DNA of 47,683 bases from an uncultured Hellea sp. (GTDB lineage Bacteria > Pseudomonadota > Alphaproteobacteria > Caulobacterales > Maricaulaceae): contig CALKIX010000040.1 in NCBI GenBank assembly GCA_937995665.1, positions 1 to 47,683 of the forward strand. The letters are read 5' to 3'. Position 1 is the stretch's first letter. Each line of letters begins with the position of its first letter. The translations under genes were made by a program, and so were the position numbers. This document shows, in pieces, positions 8,480-18,592 of the stretch. The notes beneath the pieces are model-generated. The model was not told where the DNA came from, did not search any database, and was given only the letters and a program-made list of their open reading frames with translations.

Positions 8480-9778
8480 ATGCGATTCGTTCCAGCAGCT
8501 CTAATGGCCATCGGCATGGCGCTGATGACCGCCCAAGACGGGGCGGCAAAGCCGTGGGAGCCTGTCCCGCTTAATCCTGAAAAAAGCAAGGCGCCCCCCT
8601 ATGAGGTCAAAGTCGCCAAAGGCGCCGCGCGCGAGGATAGACTTGAAACGCTAAGCACGCTGGAGCTCACCCCTTTTGCCAAGAGCTTAGGCCATATCAG
8701 CGCGCTAGCCCTTGCCAAAGACGGCACGCTCTATGCCGCTGATAAGGAAAGCGGGCGCATATGGGAGCTTAATGACCGCGGGGCTGACGGCACGCTCGAT
8801 CAGCGCCGCCCCTTGCCCGCGCGCTTTAACGCGCCCAGCGGCTTAGCGATCATTGGCGAGACCTTATACGTGGCAGACAAGAGGGCGATTTGGGGACTGG
8901 ATAAGGATGCGCAAAAGCCGCGCCAAATTGCGGGGCTTTCCCATGTGCAAAGCACGGGTCATCATCCGCTTTTGGCCGATGGAGAAGCTTTGCTCTTGGG
9001 CGTGAGCACGCAAGGCGAATCCAAGCTTATATCCGTGAACATCGAAACGGGCTTGGCTGAATTGATAAGCACGGCGGATAGCCCGATTTATAGCCTCTCA
9101 AAACGCGAAGGCTCGCAGGTTTGGGGCGGCACAGAGGGAGGACTCGTCAAGCTAAGCACCGAGGCACAGCCCTTGAGTGTTGGGCAAGGCACACGGCTTG
9201 AGAGCCTGCTCCTGCCGGGGCAATATGGCCTGCCCGAGGATTGGCCCGCCGCGCTAAAAGGCCATATCATTGCCGCGCAAACGGGAGCCGGCGCGATGCG
9301 GCTTCTGGCCATCCCCACAGAATTTGGGCAGCCCCAAGGCCCAGCCCGCGTGCTGCTAGATGGGTTTTTATCGTCCACAGCGCGCAGCGCATGGGGCGCG
9401 CCGGGCGCGATGATATCGGATAAGCGCGGGCTGTTTTTTGCCGATCCGCATAATGGCACACTTTGGCGCCTCGCCCCAAAACCCAAAGCCCCCGTTAATA
9501 TCACCATTGTCGATACTAAGGATTTAGATCTGCCCCAAACGCCGCCCGCCCCGCCCGCCGCGCAATCAGGTCTTTTAAAGGGAAGCGGTATTATCGGCTC
9601 GCGTCTGGGCGCGGCCAGCCAGCTTGGCGCCGCCTCGCAAATCACCACAGGCTCCACCATCATCGAGGCTTACGATAAAGCCAAAGCCCAAGAAGAGGCC
9701 GAGAAAGCCGCCGCCAAAGCCGCAAAAGAAAAACTATCCCTGCCGCCAGATATTAGCTTTAAGCCAGAGCTGGATTAG
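8480..9778 (+). CDS. Secreted beta-propeller protein, distantly sorbosone-dehydrogenase-like
   Basis: Signal peptide from ATG 8480; blade motifs LALAKDGTLYAAD, PSGLAIIGETLYVAD, LLDGFL...WGAPGAM...GLFFADPHNGTLWRL; low-complexity C-terminal tail. Confidence 0.65.
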   Translation: MRFVPAALMAIGMALMTAQDGAAKPWEPVPLNPEKSKAPPYEVKVAKGAAREDRLETLSTLELTPFAKSLGHISALALAKDGTLYAADKESGRIWELNDRGADGTLDQRRPLPARFNAPSGLAIIGETLYVADKRAIWGLDKDAQKPRQIAGLSHVQSTGHHPLLADGEALLLGVSTQGESKLISVNIETGLAELISTADSPIYSLSKREGSQVWGGTEGGLVKLSTEAQPLSVGQGTRLESLLLPGQYGLPEDWPAALKGHIIAAQTGAGAMRLLAIPTEFGQPQGPARVLLDGFLSSTARSAWGAPGAMISDKRGLFFADPHNGTLWRLAPKPKAPVNITIVDTKDLDLPQTPPAPPAAQSGLLKGSGIIGSRLGAASQLGAASQITTGSTIIEAYDKAKAQEEAEKAAAKAAKEKLSLPPDISFKPELD

Positions 9779-9847
9779 GCAAAAAGCAATGAAGGATGGA
9801 CAGTTCTGAAAGCGAAGAAAGGCCTAAGGCGCCTAACTTAAAAGAAG

Positions 9848-10957
9848 TTATGAGAACGCCTTAGACCGCGTCTTATAGGTAAACTGTCCCGCATCATTGA
9901 GCCGGCGCGAGAGCAGGCCTCGCTCTTTGAGGCAGTTTAAATGCGCGATGCTTTCGCCTACGGCCATGATGCGGTTGGCATCGACGATTTCGCGGCGAAA
10001 GAGAACGGAGTAAACCTGCGTGGCCATTTGCGGATTTTCGCAAAACTCTAGCAGGCGGGTGAGCGCTTTTTCATGGTGCAGAATTAATTTATCCAAGCGG
10101 TAATGCGCGCCGCGAAAGGGGATGCCGTGGGCGGGGCCAATCAGCGTATCTGCTGGCAGCTTTTCCTTTAATTTGTGACAAGAGCTAATCCAGTTCTCCA
10201 GCGGATTGGATTCGGGCTCTGTTGGCCAAACGGACACATTGGAGCTAATATTAGGAAGTAGCTGATCGCCCGTCAGCGCAAATTTTAGCTCGGGACAATA
10301 AAGACAAGCATGTTCGGGCGAGTGGCCACTGCCAGTAATAATATGCCAGTCGCGCCCGCCAATGGTGAGGACTTGCCCATCACCAAGCCGGTCATAGCTA
10401 TGGGGCATGGGCGTGATCGCTTTGCCAAACCCGCCAAAGCGCATTTTGTAAAGCTCGATTTGCTCAGGCGTGAAGCCCGCCTTTTTATAAAATTGAATGC
10501 CTTCGCGCGGGGCGTTCTGGCCTGTATCAGCGGCCATGAGGCGGCAGAGAAAATACTCGCCCCGCGTCATCAGCAAAGGCGCGCCAAAGTGCTGGCATAT
10601 CCAGCCCGCAAGCCCCGTATGATCTGGATGCAGATGGGTGCAAATCACGCGGTTGACGGGCCGATCGCCCATAAGCGCTTTGAAGTGGCCCTCCCAGATG
10701 TCTTTACTCGCGCGATTGCCAATCCCTGTATCGACAACAACCCAGCCATCCCCATCGCGCAGAGCCCAAAGATTGATATGATCAAGCCCTTTCATAGGAA
10801 GGTCAAAGCGCAGCCAAAAAACCCCGTCTGCAATTTCATGGGCGCTGCCGCTTTGCGGGGCGCTGTCCACAATAAAATGCAAGCCTCGCGCATCTTCCCC
10901 GCTTGTCGCAATCAGGCTCTGATCGGGCGGGGAGGCTTTAGAGGGTTTCAATGTCAT
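9848..10957 (-). CDS. MBL-fold metallo-hydrolase
   Basis: VDTG, THLHPDH (HxHxDH), GHSPEH, TGD, PAHG motifs. Confidence 0.92.
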   Translation of the reverse strand: MTLKPSKASPPDQSLIATSGEDARGLHFIVDSAPQSGSAHEIADGVFWLRFDLPMKGLDHINLWALRDGDGWVVVDTGIGNRASKDIWEGHFKALMGDRPVNRVICTHLHPDHTGLAGWICQHFGAPLLMTRGEYFLCRLMAADTGQNAPREGIQFYKKAGFTPEQIELYKMRFGGFGKAITPMPHSYDRLGDGQVLTIGGRDWHIITGSGHSPEHACLYCPELKFALTGDQLLPNISSNVSVWPTEPESNPLENWISSCHKLKEKLPADTLIGPAHGIPFRGAHYRLDKLILHHEKALTRLLEFCENPQMATQVYSVLFRREIVDANRIMAVGESIAHLNCLKERGLLSRRLNDAGQFTYKTRSKAFS

Positions 10958-11015
10958 AGCTCTGTATAGAGGGTTTAGCGCAAATTTATAGAGTCAATTG
11001 AGAAAAGATAGTTTA

Positions 11016-11056
11016 AGTAAACTCCGGTCAAAACGGGGCGCGTGCTGACCGGAGTT
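11016..11056 (-). terminator. Stem-loop / intrinsic terminator (possible sRNA 3' end)
   Basis: AACTCCGGTCA (11020-11030) and TGACCGGAGTT (11046-11056) form a perfect 11-bp stem; the minus-strand transcript ends ...GAGTTTACTT. Confidence 0.6.
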
Positions 11057-11147
11057 CGAGTCACAGCTAGGCCATGACAGGCCGCCTGTTTAATACTATT
11101 TAATTGCCATTGTAACCCTATCAACTGCATAAAGTTCTCTCAAAACT

Positions 11148-11759
11148 TTACCCCGTCCAAGTGCTTTTGATTAAAGATATATTTGGGCGCGCGCGCTCAG
11201 TGGGCCGCTCTTTAACGCGGCCAATATAGATGAATCCGGCGATATTTTCACCCCCTTTTAGCCCAAGCGCGGCTTGAACGCGCTTATCATAAGCATACCA
11301 CTCGGTGAGCCATTGCGCCGCAAAGCCGCGCGATTGGGCCGCAAGTAACAAATTATAACAGACCGCACCCGCGCTTAAGACCTGTTCCCATTCGGGGGTG
11401 CCGCGTACACATTTCACGGGACTAGAAATAACGGCGACAACATTGGGCGCGCGCATAAAGCGCTGACCTTCAAATAGGGCGCGGTCTTGGGGCATCTCTG
11501 GATTGGCCTTCATAAAGGCGCTCGCGATGTGATGTCCAAAATCCGCGCGGGCTTGGCCTTCAAAGGTTACAAATCGCCACGGGGCAAGTTTGCGGTGATC
11601 GGGCACACGCGCGGCGGTTTCCAGCATCTCGGCGAGCTGGCCTGCATCGGGCCCTGGCCCGTCCATGAGCTTGACCAAATTAGAGCGGCGCGCACTCAAA
11701 AAATCAGCAACAGCCTTATTCTTTGTGGGCAGCGGCAGCACCTGATCTTTTCCAGTCAT
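11148..11759 (-). CDS. Nitroreductase family protein (YdjA-like)
   Basis: FLSARRS, ARVPDHRKLAPWRF, PEWEQVLSAGA, WLTEWYAYD, IAGFIYIG. ATG 11759 with GGAG RBS preferred. Confidence 0.92.
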   Translation of the reverse strand: MTGKDQVLPLPTKNKAVADFLSARRSNLVKLMDGPGPDAGQLAEMLETAARVPDHRKLAPWRFVTFEGQARADFGHHIASAFMKANPEMPQDRALFEGQRFMRAPNVVAVISSPVKCVRGTPEWEQVLSAGAVCYNLLLAAQSRGFAAQWLTEWYAYDKRVQAALGLKGGENIAGFIYIGRVKERPTERARPNISLIKSTWTG

Positions 11760-11829
11760 TATAATCTCCAAATCTCTTTACCCAAAATGAGAAATCCGAT
11801 AGGTCAGCGCAAGCAAAAAAGGATGAATC

Positions 11830-12297
11830 ATGACAACTCCAGAACAAAATCTTACCGCCCTTGGCCTTACCCTCCCCGAAGCGGCGGCGCCAGTGGCCAA
11901 TTATGTCTCTTATGTCACCTCTGGCAATATGGTCTTTATTTCTGGCCAGATTTCCAAAATTGGGGACAATGTCATTAACGGACGTTTGGGCGAAGACCTA
12001 ACTGTCGAGCAAGGCCAAGAAGCGGCAAAGCTGTCAGCGCTAAACCTTATCGCGCAAATGAAAGCGGCCTGCGGCGGGGATTTATCCCGCGTGAAACGCG
12101 TGGTCAAATTGGGCGGCTTTGTGCAATCATCCTTTAAGGCCACACAGGCCGATATCCCAAAAGTCATTAATGGCTGTTCTGATCTTATGGTCGCCGTCTT
12201 TGGCGATGCAGGCCGTCATGCGCGCTTTGCGGTTTCTGCGCCAAGCTTGCCGCTTGATGTGGCTGTCGAAATTGATGCCATTATCGAGATTACCTAG
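11830..12297 (+). CDS. RidA/YjgF family protein
   Basis: AAPVANYV, FISGQI, VVKLGGFV, INGCSDL, GRHARFAV, LPLDVAVEID. Confidence 0.92.
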   Translation: MTTPEQNLTALGLTLPEAAAPVANYVSYVTSGNMVFISGQISKIGDNVINGRLGEDLTVEQGQEAAKLSALNLIAQMKAACGGDLSRVKRVVKLGGFVQSSFKATQADIPKVINGCSDLMVAVFGDAGRHARFAVSAPSLPLDVAVEIDAIIEIT

Positions 12298-12328
12298 CGC
12301 TCAGGCGCGCGCTGTGCAAGCATAGGCT

Positions 12329-13471
12329 ATGAGCCAGCCAGATTATAGCGCGCGTATCTTGACCTCTATTGATGAGGTCAGCGAAGCAGCATGGGACGCC
12401 CACCTTCCAAAAGGGCGTCACCCTTTTCTAACTTGGCGCTTTTTAAACGCGCTCGAGCAAAGCGGCTCAGCCGTGCAAGAGACAGGCTGGGCCCCGCGTC
12501 ATATCTGGCTTGAGGACGAGGTAGGCGCGGCGATGGGCGCGGCCCCGCTCTATGCTAAAACGCACAGCCAAGGCGAATATGTTTTTGACCATGGCTGGGC
12601 CGATGCCCTGCACCGCGCAGGCGGGCAATATTACCCCAAGCTTCAAGGCAGCATTCCTTTCACCCCCGCGTGCGGGCCGCGCCTGCTCGCGAAAACCCCC
12701 GAGACCAAAAAAGCCCTTATCAGCGCCATGGTGCAAGCCTGCGAGCAATGGGAGTTCTCGGGCGTGCATCTGACCTTCCTCCAAGACGAAGATAGAGCGC
12801 TGTTGTCCGAAATGGGGTTTGCGGCGCGCGAAGATCGGCAATTCCACTTTATCAATCGCGGCTATAAAGACTTTGATGATTTCCTCGCCAGCCTTGCCTC
12901 GCGCAAACGCAAAAATATTCGCAAGGAACGCAAAGCCGCCCAAGGGGGCATTACGATTAAGCGCTTAACGGGCGATGATCTGCGCCCTGAGCATTGGGAT
13001 GTTTTTTATCAATGCTATATCGATACAGGGCAGCGCAAATGGGGGCGACCTTACCTCACCCGCGCCTTTTTTGATATTTTGCACCAAACGATGCGCGATG
13101 ACATTTTGCTGGTCATGGCCTTTGATGGGGAGACCCCTATTGCCAGCGCGCTGAACTTTATTGGCAGCGATGCGCTTTACGGACGCAATTGGGGATGCTT
13201 GACCCATAAACCGTTTTTGCATTTTGAGCTTTGCTATTACCAAGCCATTGAAGCGGGTATTGAGCTAGGCTTGCCCAAGGTCGAAGCGGGGGCGCAAGGT
13301 GAGCATAAGCTGGCGCGCGGTTATGAACCCATCGCAACGCATAGCGCGCATTTCATCATGCATGCAGGCTTGCGCGACGCCGTGTCTGATTACTTGACAA
13401 GAGAGCGCCGCGCGGTTGACCATGAGATAAATATTCTAGCCAAACATACGCCTTTTAGGAAAACCCCATGA
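12329..13471 (+). CDS. GNAT/FemAB-like protein (DUF482 type)
   Basis: HSQGEYVFDHGWADA, YYPKL..IPFTP, RKRKNIRKER, LYGRNWG, LHFELCYYQAIE, EAGAQGEHKLARGY. Confidence 0.9.
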   Translation: MSQPDYSARILTSIDEVSEAAWDAHLPKGRHPFLTWRFLNALEQSGSAVQETGWAPRHIWLEDEVGAAMGAAPLYAKTHSQGEYVFDHGWADALHRAGGQYYPKLQGSIPFTPACGPRLLAKTPETKKALISAMVQACEQWEFSGVHLTFLQDEDRALLSEMGFAAREDRQFHFINRGYKDFDDFLASLASRKRKNIRKERKAAQGGITIKRLTGDDLRPEHWDVFYQCYIDTGQRKWGRPYLTRAFFDILHQTMRDDILLVMAFDGETPIASALNFIGSDALYGRNWGCLTHKPFLHFELCYYQAIEAGIELGLPKVEAGAQGEHKLARGYEPIATHSAHFIMHAGLRDAVSDYLTRERRAVDHEINILAKHTPFRKTP

Positions 13472-13911
13472 CACTGCATGCCCCTTATGACACTGAGAAT
13501 ATTTTCGCTAAAATTTTGCGCGGGGAGATGCCTTGCGTAAAGGTCTATGAGGATAGCCATATCCTCTCGATCATGGATGCTTTCCCGCAATCAGAGGGCC
13601 ATGTGCTGGTTATCCCCAAAGCCCCCTCGCGCAATTTGCTCGAGGTAAGCTCCAAAGACATTGGCCGTCTCTTTGGCGCGGTGCAGCGTATTACGGTGGC
13701 CGTCCAAGCCGCGCTAAAACCTGACGGCCTTGTGGTCACACAATTTAACGGCGCGCCTGCGGGCCAAACCGTTTTCCACACCCATGTCCACATTATCCCG
13801 CGCTATGAGGGTAAAGCTATGGCGAGCCATGAGCTAGGTAAGGGCGGCGGCATGGCCGATGTTGCGGCGCTTGAAGTGATAGCTGAGAAAATTAGAGAAA
13901 AGTTAGGGTAA
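13468..13911 (+). CDS. HIT family nucleotide hydrolase
   Basis: NIFAKILRGEMP, GHVLVIPK, AGQTVFHTHVHIIPR (histidine triad). ATGA overlap with the GNAT gene. Confidence 0.95.
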   Translation: MTLHAPYDTENIFAKILRGEMPCVKVYEDSHILSIMDAFPQSEGHVLVIPKAPSRNLLEVSSKDIGRLFGAVQRITVAVQAALKPDGLVVTQFNGAPAGQTVFHTHVHIIPRYEGKAMASHELGKGGGMADVAALEVIAEKIREKLG

Positions 13912-13915
13912 GCCG

Positions 13916-16201
13916 CTAAACGGGTATACCCTCTTCCATACAGAACTCACGCACAATGGGGCGTAGGGTCATGAGACGGGACTCTGTTGTAATATGAGGC
14001 TCTAAGGTCTGGCGCAGCTTGGCGGCATCCAATTTTAAGAGGGCTGATTTAACGGGGCCAATGCCCGTGACCGGCATGGAGAGCTGACGATAGCCCAGCG
14101 CAACAAGTGTTATGGCTTCGATGGGCCGGCCGGCAATTTCGCCGCAAACGGAGACGGGCACGCCGCTGCGCGCAGCACCTTCTGCGATATATTTCATCAC
14201 GGAAAGCGCGGCAGGATGAAGCGGGTCATAGCGGTCAGACACACGGGCATTGTCGCGGTCTGCCGCAAAGAAAAACTGCATCAAATCATTCGCGCCAACA
14301 CTGACAAAATCAGCATGATCGCAAATGCTATTGATCGACCATGCCAAGGACGGCGTCTCGAGCATAACACCCACTTCAATTTTAGAGGGAAGCTCTTCGC
14401 CCAGCTTCTTGGCGCGATCCACCTCGCGGTCAAAAAGCGCGCGGGCCTGAATAAATTCTTCCACAGTCGTGACCATGGGGAACATGACTTTCAAATGCTT
14501 GCCAGCCCCAGCGGCCACCAGGGCGCGCAGTTGATAACGCATCAAGCCCGGGCGGTCGAGCGCAATACGGATAGCGCGCCAGCCAATAGCTGGGTTCTCT
14601 TCGGGCACGGGATCAATATAGGGCAGGATTTTATCTCCGCCCAAATCCAGCGTGCGGAAAGTCACAGGGCGAGAGCCTGCCGCCTCTATCGCTTTGCGGT
14701 AAAGCTCGGTTTGCTCTTTAAGCCGCGGCATAAATTCGCTGACCATGAATTGGAACTCAGTCCTAAAGAGGCCAATACCATCCGCCCCAGATTGCTCTAT
14801 CTGAGGCAAGTCAACAAGAAGCCCCGCATTGAGCTGCAAAGAAATCGGCTCATTATCAACTGTCTTGGCGGGCGTGAATTTTAAAGCTTCATAAGCCCGG
14901 CTCATTTCGCCGGCAATATTTAAGCGCATCTGAAAGGCGGAAACTTGGGTTTCAAGCGGGCGGATATGCACACAGGCTTCTTCGCCGTCAATCAGGACTT
15001 CATCGCCGATTTCAATCAGGTCCAAAACGCCTTCGGCGCGGCCCAAAAGCGGCACGCCAATGGCGCGGCAAATAATCGCCGTATGAGAAGAGGCCGAGCC
15101 TTCCTCTAAAACTATTCCGCGCAGCTTGGAGCGGTCATAATCTAGCAGCTCGGCAGGGCCAATTTCGCGGGCAAAGATAATCGCATCATCTGAGATGTTT
15201 TTATTGCCCGGGCCTAAGGCTTCTCCGGAGAGGGCGCGCAAAAGACGGTTGGCCAAGTCTTCAAGGTCATGCAGGCGCGCGCGCAGATAAGGATCGCGCG
15301 ATTTCATGAGCCGCGCGCGGTGTTCATTACGCACGCGTTCAACTGCGGCTTCGGAGGTTAGCCCAGAATGCACAGCTTCGCGCAACCGCCCGACCCATTT
15401 ACGGTCATAGGCGAACATGCGGTAAGTCTCATATATCTCTTTACTCGCGCGCGAGAGCGAGGCGGTCTCGCCCGAGACCATCGCGTCAACAGAGGCGCGT
15501 AGCACGGCTATGCCTTCTTCAAGGCGGCCTTCTTCGGCGGCAATATTCTCGGCCAGCATATTGGCAGGCGCAACGGGGGGCAGATGTAAATAAGCATGGC
15601 CTTGCACCAGACCATTTGCAAAGGTTTTGCCTTTTATCGTTTCAGGCTTAAAGGCGACCAAAGTAATGCCTTTAAGGGCAGCTTTTTTACCGCCAACCCG
15701 TTCATCATCAACAATGATCTCGGCCAGTACCATGGCGACGGTGAGCAAGTCTTCGACTTCTTCTTCATTAAAACTTCGCGCCGCAACAGACTGAACCACC
15801 AATACGCCGAGCGTTCGGCCCCCGCGCAAGATCGGCACGCCTAGAAATGATTTAAAAGGGTCCTCGCCCGTTTCAGGACGATAAGAAAAGAGCGGGTGGC
15901 TTGGCGCATCAGCCAAGTTTAAAGGGCGCGCGGTTAAGGCGACATGGCCCACCAAGCCCTCGCCTGGTTTCATCCGCGTTTTGTGAACCGCTGAGGCTTT
16001 AAGGCCTTGAGTGGCGGAAAGCTCTAGATCTTCGCCGGGGCGCAAGAGATAGATAGAGGCCACCTTGACTTGCATCGCTTTAGAAATCGCGGCGACAAAA
16101 TCATCAAGCCGCTCTTGAACCGACTCTGTACCCGCCATTGCGTTGCGGATGGCGCGCATTAATTTAGGCGGTTGAGATTTGATATTCGGGTCCACAGTCA
16201 C
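13916..16201 (-). CDS. ptsP: Phosphoenolpyruvate-protein phosphotransferase EI-Ntr
   Basis: N-terminal GAF domain (LSATQGL, GEGLVG, SFLGVPI), SSHTAI phospho-His site, GIGLFRTEF, RTLDLGGDK, SVGANDL, SVCGE. Confidence 0.96.
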   Translation of the reverse strand: MTVDPNIKSQPPKLMRAIRNAMAGTESVQERLDDFVAAISKAMQVKVASIYLLRPGEDLELSATQGLKASAVHKTRMKPGEGLVGHVALTARPLNLADAPSHPLFSYRPETGEDPFKSFLGVPILRGGRTLGVLVVQSVAARSFNEEEVEDLLTVAMVLAEIIVDDERVGGKKAALKGITLVAFKPETIKGKTFANGLVQGHAYLHLPPVAPANMLAENIAAEEGRLEEGIAVLRASVDAMVSGETASLSRASKEIYETYRMFAYDRKWVGRLREAVHSGLTSEAAVERVRNEHRARLMKSRDPYLRARLHDLEDLANRLLRALSGEALGPGNKNISDDAIIFAREIGPAELLDYDRSKLRGIVLEEGSASSHTAIICRAIGVPLLGRAEGVLDLIEIGDEVLIDGEEACVHIRPLETQVSAFQMRLNIAGEMSRAYEALKFTPAKTVDNEPISLQLNAGLLVDLPQIEQSGADGIGLFRTEFQFMVSEFMPRLKEQTELYRKAIEAAGSRPVTFRTLDLGGDKILPYIDPVPEENPAIGWRAIRIALDRPGLMRYQLRALVAAGAGKHLKVMFPMVTTVEEFIQARALFDREVDRAKKLGEELPSKIEVGVMLETPSLAWSINSICDHADFVSVGANDLMQFFFAADRDNARVSDRYDPLHPAALSVMKYIAEGAARSGVPVSVCGEIAGRPIEAITLVALGYRQLSMPVTGIGPVKSALLKLDAAKLRQTLEPHITTESRLMTLRPIVREFCMEEGIPV

Positions 16202-16283
16202 GCTGGCTCTATAACCTATTTAGGGCGCGCCGTCATGGGTTTTAATGGCGCTCAATATTATTTAACCCAGAGCTGCATATTAT

Positions 16284-17465
16284 TTAACCTTTAGCCCCAA
16301 GACGCAGCCAGTCGCGCTTGGGCAAACCGTACAGCTGATCCATAAATTCCATTTGAAGCCCAATAGGGCGCGTATGAGGGCTATTCCACATCATTGCAAT
16401 GCCAGAGCGGCGCGCAGGGTCAAATAATATCAGGGCGCGGTAACCTTCCACACCGCCCCGGTGCCCAACAACCTTATGACCATTATAGTCATAAACCCGC
16501 CAGCCTAGCCCATATTGCGCTTCTTTCAGAGCTTTGAAATTGCGGTTCAAGAAAGACTGCTCTCTTGGGGTGGCTACGCGCCCTTGCTGCATAGCCTCTT
16601 GATGGGCTGCTGGCAAAGCGCCATTGGCCTCGGTCGGCATTTGCGCAATCATCCAGCGCGCCAAGTCTTTAACGGAGCTATTCACCCCCGCCGCCGCCGG
16701 TACGCGGTAATAATTTGGCTTTACGCGCCTAATCAAATTCCCAAAGCGGCCATGCGGCTTTGCCCATGACTTTGAGCGCGTTAATCCCTCAAGGGTTAGG
16801 CTCGCACTGCTCATACCTAAGGGCTTAAATATACGCTCATGTACGACCGCTTTATAAGGCAGCCCTGTTACGGTTTCGACGATTTCCGAGCTCGCATCAT
16901 AGGCAACATTTTGATATGTATGGCAGGTGCTGGGGGCACAAAGATAAGTGAGATCTCTAAGGGCACTGCGTGTCTCTTTGGCCGCTTTGCCGCCTTCAAT
17001 GCGGTTATCATAAGCATTACGCACAATCCCGACCTTATGGGCGAGCATGTCTTCGATACTAATCTGCTTTTCGGCTTTGGGAAGATTTAGAGACGGGGCG
17101 TGCAAACTTGCCGTTTGTGCCAGTTCTAATGCCCCTTCTTCTTCTAAAGATAAAATAGTCGCCGCCGCAATACCTTTAGAGACAGAGGCCCAACGAAAAA
17201 CCGTATCAGGCGTTACGTTTCTGTTGCTTCCGCGCGCTTCCTCACCATAGCCTTTGGCAAAGCTGATCTTTCCATCTTCGACCAGCGCGATGGACATTCC
17301 CACCATTTCAAGCTGATGCATGAGCCGTGAGGCGCGCTTATCAATTTCGGCTTTATCAATGATGGCAGGGCGCACTTGCGCAAGATTAGCCGCCGCAAGG
17401 CCAGCATCAGGGCCAGCGCCAGCGAAGGTAAGCAAAAGCGAAAGAGCTAAGGCGCGGAACATCAT
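16284..17465 (-). CDS. Secreted serine hydrolase, beta-lactamase/class C-like family
   Basis: Signal peptide from ATG 17465/17462; SxxK (ASVSK), YxN (YQN), HRGG. The ORF-track 5' extension overlaps uppP and is unlikely. Confidence 0.88.
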   Translation of the reverse strand: MMFRALALSLLLTFAGAGPDAGLAAANLAQVRPAIIDKAEIDKRASRLMHQLEMVGMSIALVEDGKISFAKGYGEEARGSNRNVTPDTVFRWASVSKGIAAATILSLEEEGALELAQTASLHAPSLNLPKAEKQISIEDMLAHKVGIVRNAYDNRIEGGKAAKETRSALRDLTYLCAPSTCHTYQNVAYDASSEIVETVTGLPYKAVVHERIFKPLGMSSASLTLEGLTRSKSWAKPHGRFGNLIRRVKPNYYRVPAAAGVNSSVKDLARWMIAQMPTEANGALPAAHQEAMQQGRVATPREQSFLNRNFKALKEAQYGLGWRVYDYNGHKVVGHRGGVEGYRALILFDPARRSGIAMMWNSPHTRPIGLQMEFMDQLYGLPKRDWLRLGAKG

Positions 17466-17542
17466 GGGCCGTGCTTTAATGGCGTAATATTTGGTCTGTC
17501 CAGTTAACTTTGCAGAGCCAATGCAAATCGCGCCTTTTTGCC

Positions 17543-18358
17543 TCATCCTGCGGCAAAGACCCATAAAAGCAGCCCTGCCCCCAAAATCAGGCGGTAAACC
17601 ATAAAGGGGAAAAATCCGATACGGTTGACCACGCGCATAAAGACGGCAATACACGCATAAGCGGCCACAAAGGAGAGCGCGGCGACCAATAGGCCATCCG
17701 CCGCGCTGGCCCCGCCGCCAGCCTCAGAGGTAAGCAATTTCAGCAAAGCAAAAGCCCCTCCCGCGCCAATAATCGGCAAGCTCATGAGCATTGAAAAGCG
17801 CGCGGATTCTTCGCGGGTCATATCCATAAAGCGCGCCGCCATCATGGTAATACCTGAGCGCGAGGTCCCTGGAATAAGGGCCATAGCTTGGGCAAGGCCT
17901 AAAAGCCCCGCCTTTTTCCATGTAAGCGTTTCGGTAGTCTGGGTTTGGTGGCCCTTAATATCAGACACCCAAAGCAGAATACCAAAGACAATTGTTGTGC
18001 CTGCAATGATAAGCGGATTGCGCAGCAGCTCATCCCAGCCGACTGCATTTAAGGTAAAGCCCAAAATGAGGGCCGGCGGGGTAGCAATGATGAGATTGAG
18101 CGCGAGGGCTGAGCGTTTATTGAGCTTTCGGCCCAGCAAATCCACAAGGCCAGCTAAAATATCGCCGACATCCCTGCGAAAATAGAGCATGACCGCAAAG
18201 AGCGAGCCAAAATGCGCCATCACGTCAATCAAGGGGCCCTGATCGACGGGCCAGCCGAGTAATTGCGGGGCCAAAATAAGATGCGCGGAGCTGGAAACAG
18301 GCAAGAACTCGGTGAGACCTTGAATGATTGCTAAAATAATGAGGTGAAGCCATGACAT
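17543..18358 (-). CDS. uppP: Undecaprenyl-diphosphate phosphatase
   Basis: QGLTEFLPVSSSAHL, AQAMALIPGTSRSGIT, ARFSMLMSLP. Confidence 0.96.
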   Translation of the reverse strand: MSWLHLIILAIIQGLTEFLPVSSSAHLILAPQLLGWPVDQGPLIDVMAHFGSLFAVMLYFRRDVGDILAGLVDLLGRKLNKRSALALNLIIATPPALILGFTLNAVGWDELLRNPLIIAGTTIVFGILLWVSDIKGHQTQTTETLTWKKAGLLGLAQAMALIPGTSRSGITMMAARFMDMTREESARFSMLMSLPIIGAGGAFALLKLLTSEAGGGASAADGLLVAALSFVAAYACIAVFMRVVNRIGFFPFMVYRLILGAGLLLWVFAAG

Positions 18359-18592
18359 GGGAGCTCGCTAACGTGAAACGGTAAAGGCTTTATTGACTTT
18401 ATGGAGCCCAGCACAATCATTTATTCGCTTTTTAGGCGCAAAAGAATCTTTGAGAATCAATCGCAAGAATAAGTCGGTCGGCTTCACGCTGGCAAGTACT
18501 TCATATTTTATTATTAAAAATCAATAACTTGAGATATTTATTTCTCATATTTATTTTCGCAATTATATCTCCAATTGACAAATTGTCGCATC

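Noticed and set aside
11090-11103. TTAA-N6-TTAA as a CtrA box
   Set aside because: Spacer is 6 rather than 7, in an AT-rich context.
16284-17465. Antibiotic-resistance beta-lactamase
   Set aside because: SxxK/YxN motifs are shared with esterases and peptidases; no mobile context, so resistance cannot be inferred.
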